Source: Raineyella sp.
GTDB taxonomy: Bacteria; Actinomycetota; Actinomycetes; Propionibacteriales; Propionibacteriaceae
DNA length: 64,000 nt
Direction: 5' to 3'
Assembly (NCBI RefSeq): GCF_034933565.1
Contig: NZ_JAYFNG010000013.1
Location: forward strand, 6,863-70,862
Below are positions 1 to 6,877 of the stretch, piece by piece. Every line of letters begins with the position of its first letter. Position 1 is the stretch's first letter. The notes below the pieces were generated by a model that ran no database searches, was not told where the DNA came from, and saw nothing but the letters and a program-made list of their open reading frames with translations. A program made the translations under genes and the position numbers.

Positions 1-590
1 TGGTCCAGCGAGCCGGGCCAGCGCTCCGGGTCGGCGTCCGGGCCCAGCTGCGGGCCGGCCGGCTCCACGATGTCGCCGGCGAAGATCAGCCGGGCGTCGG
101 CCACCACGGCGATGGCGTCGTGGTCGGTGTGGGCCCGGCCGACCGAGATCAGTTCCACCACCCGATCGCCGAGATCGACCGCGTGGGCCACCCCGAAGGT
201 GTGTGTCGGCACCGGCAGGTCCGCAGCGCTCGCCCCGTACGGCGCCAGGTCCGCCAGCAGCGCCGGGTCGGTCAGGTGTGCGCCCAGCTGGCGCTGGGCA
301 TGGATCGGCAGGTCGCGGAACGCGGCCAGCCCGCCGACGTGGTCGTAGTGGGCGTGGGTGAGGGCGACGGCAACCACCGGCACCCCAGCGACCGCCTCCG
401 CGGTACGCCGGATCTCGGCGCCCTGGGCGGGGGTGCTCCCGGTGTCGATGACGAGCGCTCCGCCGGTCCCGGCCACCAGCCCGATGGTGACCGATTCCGG
501 TTCGGCGACCGCACGCCACGTACGCTCGCCGATCGCCTCCCAGGGGCCGAGAGCGACGGAAGGAACGGCTGGGGAGGGTCCATGGCTCAT
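1..590 (-). CDS. MBL-fold metallo-hydrolase (3' end runs off the window)
   Basis: The reverse-strand translation from ATG at 590 reads MSHGPSPAVPSVALGPWEAIGERTW...VALTHAHYDHVGGLAAF, which contains the HxHxDH metallo-beta-lactamase motif. The ORF stays open to the window edge. Confidence 0.8.
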   Translation of the reverse strand, partial: MSHGPSPAVPSVALGPWEAIGERTWRAVAEPESVTIGLVAGTGGALVIDTGSTPAQGAEIRRTAEAVAGVPVVAVALTHAHYDHVGGLAAFRDLPIHAQRQLGAHLTDPALLADLAPYGASAADLPVPTHTFGVAHAVDLGDRVVELISVGRAHTDHDAIAVVADARLIFAGDIVEPAGPQLGPDADPERWPGSLD

Positions 591-599
591 GGCGCTAGA

Positions 600-626
600 C
601 TGGCACTCGGAGTGGCGGAGTGCCAA
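600..626. promoter_or_regulatory. CIRCE operator (HrcA binding site)
   Basis: CTGGCACTC-N9-GAGTGCCAA is a perfect 8-bp inverted repeat with a 9-nt spacer. It matches the CIRCE pattern TTAGCACTC-N9-GAGTGCTAA and lies 40 nt upstream of hrcA. Confidence 0.8.
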
Positions 627-665
627 TACCGGCCGGGTGCCACCCCGGAGGGGTGAGGAGGGGAC

Positions 666-1673
666 ATGCTCGACGATCGCAAGCTGACCGTGCTGCGCGC
701 CATCGTCACCGACTACGTCTCCAGTCAGGAACCGGTCGGGTCGAAGGCGCTGGTCGAGCGCTACCGGCTGGGCGTCTCGCCGGCCACGGTGCGCAACGAC
801 ATGGCCGTCCTGGAGGACGAGGGCTACATCACCCAGCCGCACACCAGTGCCGGCCGGATCCCCACCGACAAGGGCTATCGCCTGTTCGTCGACCAGATCG
901 GCGAGATCAAGCCGCTGTCGGTGGCCGAGCGGCGGGCGGTCGAGACGTTCATGTCCGGCGCGGTCGACATGGACGACGTCGTCGCCCGGACCGTCCGGCT
1001 GCTGGCCCGGCTGACCCACCAGGTGGCCATCGTCCAGTACCCGGTGATCTCCTCCACGGTGGTCCGGCACGTCGATCTGATCCGGCTCAGCGCCGACGAT
1101 CTGATGTTGATCGTGGTCAGTTCCAACGGCCGGGTCGAGCAGCACACCCTCACCCTCGTGGTGGACGAGGAGCTGCGGGCCGAGATCCGCACCCGGTTGG
1201 CCGCCGCCGTCGTGGACCGCTCGGCGCAGCGGGCGATCGAGGTGCTGGCGTCGGTCGACGAGGAGTTCCGGCCCGAGGACCGGGCAGCGGCACGGGTCGC
1301 CATCACCACCCTGCTCGAGCTGCTCGGCACCCCGCCCAGCACCCGGGTCGTGGTCGGGGGGGTGCCCAACCTGGCCCGGTTCGCCAGCGAGTTCGAGTCG
1401 ACCGTCGGGCCGGTGCTCGAGGCGCTCGAGGAGCAGGTCGTGCTGCTCAAGCTGCTCGGCGAGGCCGCCACCTCGGACGACGTGTTCGTCCGGATCGGCG
1501 GGGAGAACCCGTACGAGGGGCTGCAGTCGACGTCGATGGTCGCCAGTGCCTACGGCAGCCCGCAGGATGTCTGGGCGACCCTCGGTATTGTCGGACCGAC
1601 CCGGATGGACTATCCGTCGATGATGGCGTCCGTACGCGCTGTTGCACGCTATGTGGGCCGTTTCCTGGCCTGA
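666..1673 (+). CDS. hrcA: heat-inducible transcription repressor HrcA
   Basis: The 335-aa product begins [33 protein letters not shown]...[43 protein letters not shown] precedes it and dnaJ follows. Confidence 0.97.
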   Translation: MLDDRKLTVLRAIVTDYVSSQEPVGSKALVERYRLGVSPATVRNDMAVLEDEGYITQPHTSAGRIPTDKGYRLFVDQIGEIKPLSVAERRAVETFMSGAVDMDDVVARTVRLLARLTHQVAIVQYPVISSTVVRHVDLIRLSADDLMLIVVSSNGRVEQHTLTLVVDEELRAEIRTRLAAAVVDRSAQRAIEVLASVDEEFRPEDRAAARVAITTLLELLGTPPSTRVVVGGVPNLARFASEFESTVGPVLEALEEQVVLLKLLGEAATSDDVFVRIGGENPYEGLQSTSMVASAYGSPQDVWATLGIVGPTRMDYPSMMASVRAVARYVGRFLA

Positions 1674-1686
1674 GGATGACGAGGAC

Positions 1687-2859
1687 ATGAGCAAGGACTA
1701 CTACGAGATCCTGGGTGTCGGCCGCGATGCGGACGGGGAGACGATCAAGAAGGCCTATCGCAAGCGGGCCATGAAGGTGCACCCCGATGTCGCGCAGACC
1801 GACGACGCCGCCGAGCAGTTCAAAGAGCTGAACGAGGCGTACGAGGTGCTGAAGGACCCCCAGAAGCGCGCCGTGTACGACCGCGGTGGTGACCCGATGG
1901 GCCACGGCGGGATGGGTGGCGGCTTCGGCGGCATGGGCGGTTTCGGCGGAGCCGGCGGCTTCGACTTCACCGACCTGATCGGGTCGATGTTCGGCCAGGC
2001 GACCTCGCGGGGCCCGCGCTCCCGGGTGCGCAAGGGCCAGGACGCCCTCGTCGGGATGTCACTCACCCTGGCCGAGGCGGCCTTCGGGACGACCAAGGCA
2101 CTGCAGGTCGACACCGCGGTGCTGTGCTCCCGGTGCGGTGGCTCCGGCTCGGCCGAGGGCAACGCCCCGGTCACCTGCCGGACGTGTCACGGCGCCGGCG
2201 AGGTCACCCAGGTGCAGCGGTCCTTCCTCGGCGACATCCGGACCTCCTCGCCGTGCCCGACCTGCCGCGGCTACGGCACGGTCATCCCTGACCCCTGCCC
2301 GGAGTGCTCCGGGGAGGGACGGGTGCGCACCACCCGGACGCTCAATGTCAAGGTGCCCGCCGGGGTGGACACCGGCAACCGGATCCACCTGTCCGCCCAG
2401 GGCGAGGTCGGCCCCGGCGGCGGCCCCGCCGGTGACCTCTATGTCGAGCTGCGGGTCGAGCAGCACGAGAACTTCACCCGCAAGGGTGCCGATCTGGAGA
2501 CCGTCGTCCGGGTCCCGATGACCGCCGCCGCGCTCGGCACGTCGGTGCAGGTGCCCACGCTGGACGCGGAGAAGGAGGGGGCCACGGCCGAGGAGTCCCT
2601 CGTCGACGTGGAGATCCCCGCCGGCACCCAGTCCGGCACCCGGATCAGCGTCCGGGGTAAGGGCATCCCGAAGCTGCGGTCCAACGGTCGCGGCGACATG
2701 GGCGTCACCTTCCTGGTGCAGACCCCCACCAAGCTGGATCCGGAACAGCGCGAGCTGCTGCGTCAGCTGGCCGACCTCCGCGGCGAGCACGAGGTCAAGC
2801 TCGGCCACGCCAAGGAGAAGGGCTTCTTCGGCAAGCTGCGCGACGCCTTCGAGGGCTGA
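1687..2859 (+). CDS. dnaJ: molecular chaperone DnaJ
   Basis: It has a J domain ([11 protein letters not shown]...HPD), a G/F-rich linker and four CxxCxGxG zinc-finger motifs. I took the internal ATG at 1687 rather than the ORF-track start at 1642. Confidence 0.95.
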   Translation: MSKDYYEILGVGRDADGETIKKAYRKRAMKVHPDVAQTDDAAEQFKELNEAYEVLKDPQKRAVYDRGGDPMGHGGMGGGFGGMGGFGGAGGFDFTDLIGSMFGQATSRGPRSRVRKGQDALVGMSLTLAEAAFGTTKALQVDTAVLCSRCGGSGSAEGNAPVTCRTCHGAGEVTQVQRSFLGDIRTSSPCPTCRGYGTVIPDPCPECSGEGRVRTTRTLNVKVPAGVDTGNRIHLSAQGEVGPGGGPAGDLYVELRVEQHENFTRKGADLETVVRVPMTAAALGTSVQVPTLDAEKEGATAEESLVDVEIPAGTQSGTRISVRGKGIPKLRSNGRGDMGVTFLVQTPTKLDPEQRELLRQLADLRGEHEVKLGHAKEKGFFGKLRDAFEG

Positions 2860-2920
2860 GGCGGAGCGGTGACCGAAAGCTGCACGCCCTCGAAAGTTGC
2901 GAGGCCCTCGAAGGTTGAGG
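2845..2920. repeat. three copies of the dnaJ 3' terminus including the stop codon
   Basis: Copy 1 is GCCTTCGAGGGCTGAGG (2845-2861), which holds the real stop. Copy 2 is GCCCTCGAAAGTTGCGAGG (2886-2903) and copy 3 is GCCCTCGAAGGTTGAGG (2904-2920). Confidence 0.7.
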
Positions 2921-2927
2921 TGGACCG

Positions 2928-3674
2928 ATGACCGATCCGGTCTTCCTGCATGAGTTCGCGGGCGCCCCCGCCCTCGGTGACGTCGTCACCCTGGCGGGGG
3001 AGGAGGGCCGCCACGCCGCCGTCGTCCGGCGGATCCGGGTCGGCGAGGTCGTCGTCCTCACCGATGGGGCCGGCAGCGGGATCCGCGGCGAGGTCGTCGC
3101 GGTCGGCAAGAAGAGCATCGACGTACGCGCCGACGAGCTGCTGCACGCTCCCCGGCCGGCGATCCGCTGGGTGATCGCCCAGGCACTGGCCAAGGGCGGC
3201 CACGACGAGCAGGCCATCGACATGATGACCCAGGCCGGCGTCGACGAGGTCGTGCCGTGGCAGTCGGCCCGGGCGATCGTCCGGTGGACCGGCGAGAAGG
3301 CCGCCAAGGGCACCGAGAAGTGGCGCCGTACGGTCCGCGAGGCCGCCAAGCAGTCACGTCGGCTCCGGATGCCCACGGTCCACGACGTCGTCGACACCGC
3401 CGGTCTGGCCGCGCTGGTGCCGACCGCCGACGCCGCGTACGTGTTGCACGAGTCCGCCGAGCACTGGCTGGCGGGGCTCGACCTGCCCCGGGTCGGCACC
3501 GTCCTGCTGATCGTCGGGCCCGAGGGCGGGATCGCTCCCGAGGAGCTCGCCGTCCTCGTCGCGGCCGGGGCTGTCCCGGTGCTGGTCAACGACGGGGTGC
3601 TGCGCAGCTCCAGCGCCGGGATCGTCGGCCTCGCCCAGGCTCAGGCGTTGGTGCACCCTTCGCATCGGGTCTGA
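2928..3674 (+). CDS. rsmE: 16S rRNA (uracil1498-N3)-methyltransferase RsmE
   Basis: The 248-aa product has a PUA-like N-terminus and a SPOUT-type C-terminus (LIVGPEGGIAPEE). It sits in the conserved position after hrcA-dnaJ. Confidence 0.9.
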   Translation: MTDPVFLHEFAGAPALGDVVTLAGEEGRHAAVVRRIRVGEVVVLTDGAGSGIRGEVVAVGKKSIDVRADELLHAPRPAIRWVIAQALAKGGHDEQAIDMMTQAGVDEVVPWQSARAIVRWTGEKAAKGTEKWRRTVREAAKQSRRLRMPTVHDVVDTAGLAALVPTADAAYVLHESAEHWLAGLDLPRVGTVLLIVGPEGGIAPEELAVLVAAGAVPVLVNDGVLRSSSAGIVGLAQAQALVHPSHRV

Positions 3675-3708
3675 CAGGCCTCCAGGTGCATGGGGTCTGA
3701 CAGGCCTC
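3667..3708. repeat. 16-bp direct repeat containing the rsmE stop codon
   Basis: GGGTCTGACAGGCCTC occurs at 3667-3682 (containing the rsmE TGA) and again exactly at 3693-3708. Confidence 0.8.
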
Positions 3709-3716
3709 GCTGCGGT

Positions 3717-3874
3717 TCCATTCAGCCGTGCTTGGCGTCGTCGCTGCGGTTTGCGTCGCCAGCCGCGGCCGCCCCCCATATTCAGCCGCGGCCGCTTCAT
3801 TCAGCCGCGCTTGTCGTTGCCAGCCGCGGCCGTTTCATTCAGCCGCGGCGCGCCGGCGGGCGGCAGCTGAATGG
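3717..3874. repeat. intergenic TTCAGCCG repeat cluster (4 direct copies + 1 inverted)
   Basis: TTCAGCCG occurs at 3721, 3781, 3800 and 3838. An inverted copy, CAGCTGAATGG, is at 3864-3874, and CAGCCGCGGCCG occurs twice. The cluster lies between convergent genes. Confidence 0.7.
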
Positions 3875-3930
3875 AACTGAGGCGGCTCCGTGAAAGCGCG
3901 GCGGCTGAGGGACGATGGAGCCACGGGGAG

Positions 3931-4458
3931 TCATCGACCGACCGCCACCCCGATGATCGCGCGGGATGAGACGTACGGCTGCCGCCACACCCGCGAATCG
4001 TCGGACTCGGCGAGATTGTCGCCGACGACGAACCAGTGCTCGGCGGGGACCCGCCAGGTCTCGACGTGGGCGCCCTCGGGCCGCGGGCCGTTGACGCTCA
4101 GCCGACCCGCGCCCATCCGGACCAGGGCACCGGGACCGGCGACCAGCCGCTTGACCAGCCGGCCGCCGTCGGGTGCCGCGATCACCACGATGTCGCCGAC
4201 CCTCAGCCGCCCGCTCACCGGCCGGGTGAGAAGCACCCGACCCGGCCGGAGGGTCGGCAGCATTGAGCGTCCTTCCACCCGGACCAGCGGCGACCAGCGC
4301 GGCTTGCGGCGTGCGCCGGTCCCGGGCCGGTGTGGCGTGGTCGCGGGCCGGTGTGGCGTGCTCCCGGGGCCGAGTGCGGTGGCACCGGGTCGGTGTGCGC
4401 CGGCCCCGTACCGATACGCGGTGGATCCGAGCTCAGTGCGCGTGTCCGGCAGGGACAT
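3931..4458 (-). CDS. cytoplasmic S26-family peptidase, SodX-like (NiSOD-maturation-protease-like)
   Basis: The C-terminal 110 aa carry GRSMLPT (catalytic Ser), VKRL (Lys) and GDNLAESDDSR motifs, and I see no TM segment. The ATG at 4458 overlaps the upstream gene's stop by 26 nt; GTG at 4278 is an alternative start. An in-frame 21-bp duplication lies in the N-terminal extension. Confidence 0.75.
   Translation of the reverse strand: MSLPDTRTELGSTAYRYGAGAHRPGATALGPGSTPHRPATTPHRPGTGARRKPRWSPLVRVEGRSMLPTLRPGRVLLTRPVSGRLRVGDIVVIAAPDGGRLVKRLVAGPGALVRMGAGRLSVNGPRPEGAHVETWRVPAEHWFVVGDNLAESDDSRVWRQPYVSSRAIIGVAVGR
4324..4360. repeat. in-frame 21-bp tandem duplication inside the peptidase N-terminal extension
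   Basis: GGGCCGGTGTGGCGTG occurs at 4324-4339 and 4345-4360. The 21-bp period encodes TPHRPAT/TPHRPGT. Confidence 0.8.
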
Positions 4459-5107
4459 GGTGCTCGTGTTCCGGCCCGCTGTGCTCATGCCTGTCGTGTT
4501 CCGACCCGCCGTCCCCATGCCCACCGTGCTCATGCCCGTGGGCGTGCTCGTGTTCCTCGCCCTCGGCGTACTTGAAGAAGCTGACGTACGCGGCGACGAA
4601 GTCCCGGGCGGCGTCGACGTCGTCGATGTCGAAGTCCCGCTTGGCCAGGGCGACGCTGAACCGGCGGTGCAGTTCGGCGCTGCGCTCGGCCGGGACGAGG
4701 GCGCGCACCTCGGTGTCGTCACCGGTCTCGAGGGCCCGGTCGGCCGCCACGACGACGGCCGGGATCCGGGTGCCGGTGGGCTGGATGCCGGTGAACCCGA
4801 CGCCCTCACCCATCCGGTGCAGGCGCACCAGGGTCTCGAGGAACAGCCGGTCGGCCACCCAGCGGGCGTCCTCCCCGAGGGTACGCACGGCCAGGCTCCG
4901 GGTGAACACCTCGGCCAGCTCGGCCTCGGCGGCCGGATCGGCCTGGAGCCACTTGTAGGCGTAGTTGATGTCGCCGGTCTCCAGGGCGCGGCGCCCGTCG
5001 GTGACCGCAGGGCCCTGGGCGGTGTCACAGTGCGCCCGGGCAACCGGGACGACGGCCTCGACGGCGGAGCGCAGGAAAGCGCGGATGGACGATGTACGGA
5101 TGGACAT
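4433..5107 (-). CDS. HCD-motif protein with His-rich C-terminal tail (NiSOD-like N-terminus; uncharacterised family)
   Basis: A GGAGGG RBS precedes the ATG at 5107. The product reads MSIRTSSIRAFLRSAVEAVVPVARA followed by HCDTAQGPAVTDGRRALETGDINYAYKWL. It ends in a tail with 14 His (EEHEHAHGHEHGGHGDGGSEHDRHEHSGPEHEHHVPAGHAH). Confidence 0.8.
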   Translation of the reverse strand: MSIRTSSIRAFLRSAVEAVVPVARAHCDTAQGPAVTDGRRALETGDINYAYKWLQADPAAEAELAEVFTRSLAVRTLGEDARWVADRLFLETLVRLHRMGEGVGFTGIQPTGTRIPAVVVAADRALETGDDTEVRALVPAERSAELHRRFSVALAKRDFDIDDVDAARDFVAAYVSFFKYAEGEEHEHAHGHEHGGHGDGGSEHDRHEHSGPEHEHHVPAGHAH

Positions 5108-5190
5108 GGTGAAGATCCCTCCCCGTTCGGGATGTCCGATGGTTGATGTCTTCGACCGTACGGTGGGCGCCCGTCGGAATCCTTGACGTC

Positions 5191-5244
5191 GGTCAAGCCG
5201 GTCAAGCCGGTCAAGTCGATCGGGCCGATCGGGCCGATCGGGCT
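5191..5244. repeat. two different 9-mers, each repeated three times in tandem
   Basis: The sequence is GGTCAAGCC GGTCAAGCC GGTCAAGTC GATCGGGCC GATCGGGCC GATCGGGCT. It lies in the divergent promoter region between the HCD-protein gene and tgt. Confidence 0.9.
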
Positions 5245-5277
5245 GTACGGGAAGCGACCCGGCCAACAGGCCGCTCG

Positions 5278-6768
5278 GTGGATCCGCCGAGCCCGCCCGG
5301 TCGTCCGGGGACCGGCCCGCCTGCCCGGGTATCCTGGGGCGGCCGCATCCGACGTCGTACGCTCTCACCGGGAGGAACCCTGACCAGTCAGCCCGCCAGT
5401 CCAGTCGCCGACGTCGCGCGGGAGCGCGCGGCGGAGTCCGCCCCAGGGCCCGTCCGGGCTGACCACGTTCGGGAGCGCGTCCCGGAAGAGCCCGCCCGGG
5501 GGCGAGGCTGCGGGGCGCGCTCGCCGGGAGGTCCGTCGGCGTTCGGTTTCCGTCGCGAGGTCGAGCTGGACAACGGGCGGGGGCGTACGGGGGTGATCAG
5601 CACCCCGCACGGGCAGATCCGGACCCCGGCGTTCGTGGCGGTCGGTACCAAGGCCACGGTGAAGGCGGTCACGCCCGGCCAGGTCGAGCAGCTCGGTGCC
5701 CAGGCGGTGCTGGCGAACGCGTACCACCTGTATCTGCAGCCGGGCTCCGACATCGTCGACGAGGCCGGTGGACTCGGCGCCTTCATGAACTGGCCGGGGC
5801 CGACCTTCACCGATTCCGGGGGCTTCCAGGTGATGAGCCTCGGTGCCGGGTTCAAGAAGGTCCTGGCGATGGACACCACCGGCCTGCAGAACGACGACGT
5901 GATCGCCGAGGGCAAGACGCGGCGGGCGTTCGTCGACGAGGACGGGGTGACCTTCTTCTCCCACCTCAACGGCGATCAGCTCCGCTTCACCCCCGAGGTG
6001 TCGATGCGGATCCAGCACCAGCTGGGCGCCGACATCATGTTCGCCTTCGACGAGCTGACGACGCTGATGAACACCCGGGCGTACCAGGTGGAGTCGGTCG
6101 AGCGCACCCGGCGCTGGGCCCGGCGTTGCCTGGTCGAGCATCGACGGCTGACCGAGGAGCGGGTCGGCCGGCCGTACCAGGCGCTGTTCGGGGTGGTCCA
6201 GGGCGCCCAGTACGAGGACCTGCGCCGGTCCGCCGCCCGCGGCCTGGCCGAGATGACGGTCGACGGGTGCGGATTCGACGGGTTCGGCATCGGTGGGGCG
6301 CTGGAGAAGGCGAACTTGGGCACCATCGTCGGCTGGGTCAGCGACGAGCTGCCGGCCGACAAGCCGCGGCACCTGCTCGGCATCTCCGAGCCGGACGACT
6401 TCTTCACCGCGATCGAGAACGGGGCCGACACCTTCGACTGCGTCCAGCCCTCCCGGGTCGCGCGCAACGCCGCCCTCTACACGCGCGACGGCCGGTTCAA
6501 CATCACCCGGGCCGAGAACCGGCGCGATTTCGGCCCGATCGACCCCTCGTGCGACTGCTACACCTGCACGCACTACTCGCGCGCCTACCTGCACCACCTG
6601 TTCAAGGCCAAGGAGATGCTGTCGGCCACACTGGCGACGATCCACAACGAGCGGTTCACCGTCCGGCTGGTCGACGACATCCGTACGTCGCTGGAGGAGG
6701 GCCGGTTCGAGGACTGCCGCGACGAGGTGCTCGGCCGCTTCTACTCCGGGCACCACCGGCGGTCCTGA
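5278..6768 (+). CDS. tgt: tRNA-guanine transglycosylase (queuine tRNA-ribosyltransferase)
   Basis: The core reads GRTGVISTPHGQIRTPAFVAVGTKATVKAV...FTDSGGFQVMSL...CDCYTCTHYSRAYLHHL. The start is uncertain: no ATG/GTG/TTG lies close to the conserved N-terminus, and the candidates are GTG 5278, or CTG 5380 with a GGAGG RBS. Confidence 0.85.
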   Translation: MDPPSPPGRPGTGPPARVSWGGRIRRRTLSPGGTLTSQPASPVADVARERAAESAPGPVRADHVRERVPEEPARGRGCGARSPGGPSAFGFRREVELDNGRGRTGVISTPHGQIRTPAFVAVGTKATVKAVTPGQVEQLGAQAVLANAYHLYLQPGSDIVDEAGGLGAFMNWPGPTFTDSGGFQVMSLGAGFKKVLAMDTTGLQNDDVIAEGKTRRAFVDEDGVTFFSHLNGDQLRFTPEVSMRIQHQLGADIMFAFDELTTLMNTRAYQVESVERTRRWARRCLVEHRRLTEERVGRPYQALFGVVQGAQYEDLRRSAARGLAEMTVDGCGFDGFGIGGALEKANLGTIVGWVSDELPADKPRHLLGISEPDDFFTAIENGADTFDCVQPSRVARNAALYTRDGRFNITRAENRRDFGPIDPSCDCYTCTHYSRAYLHHLFKAKEMLSATLATIHNERFTVRLVDDIRTSLEEGRFEDCRDEVLGRFYSGHHRRS

Positions 6769-6877
6769 GGCGTCAGGCCGCTGGTGGTGAGGCATGAGGC
6801 GTCAGGCCGCTGGTGGTGAGGCATGAGCCGTCAGGCCGCTGGTGGTGAGCGTCAGGACCGCCGGTACTGAGCCGTCA
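6754..6877. repeat. 29-bp tandem repeat array between tgt and the convergent dehydrogenase gene
   Basis: The unit TGAGGCGTCAGGCCGCTGGTGGTGAGGCA starts at 6766 and 6795, with a partial copy at 6824. CGTCAGG units continue to the stop of the minus-strand gene at 6875. The arms are reverse-complementary to the tgt 3' end. Confidence 0.85.

Noticed and set aside
4433-5107. Calling this gene a genuine nickel superoxide dismutase (sodN).
   Set aside because: It shares only the processed-N-terminus logic and the His-Cys-Asp start. It lacks Cys6 of the Ni hook (HCDLPCG), is about twice the length of SodN, and has a different downstream sequence. I therefore report it as NiSOD-like and uncharacterised.
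3890-5146. A 418-aa plus-strand ORF and other plus-strand ORFs (4263-4958, 4330-4575) over the peptidase/HCD locus.
   Set aside because: They are antisense to two genes with clear motifs and good RBSs, and their composition is not protein-like.
5143-5277. The ATG at 5143 as the tgt start (541-aa track ORF).
   Set aside because: It would begin 36 nt from the divergent gene's start and would read through the 9-mer tandem repeats. Third-position composition there looks non-coding. The region is more likely promoter DNA.
6766-6850. The tandem repeat arrays (also 15710-15766, 23901-23960 and 46044-46159) as possible CRISPR arrays.
   Set aside because: The units are directly adjacent or separated by only a few nucleotides, with no unique spacers of 25-40 bp. 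There are only 2-4 copies, there are no cas genes, and the units derive from adjacent gene ends.
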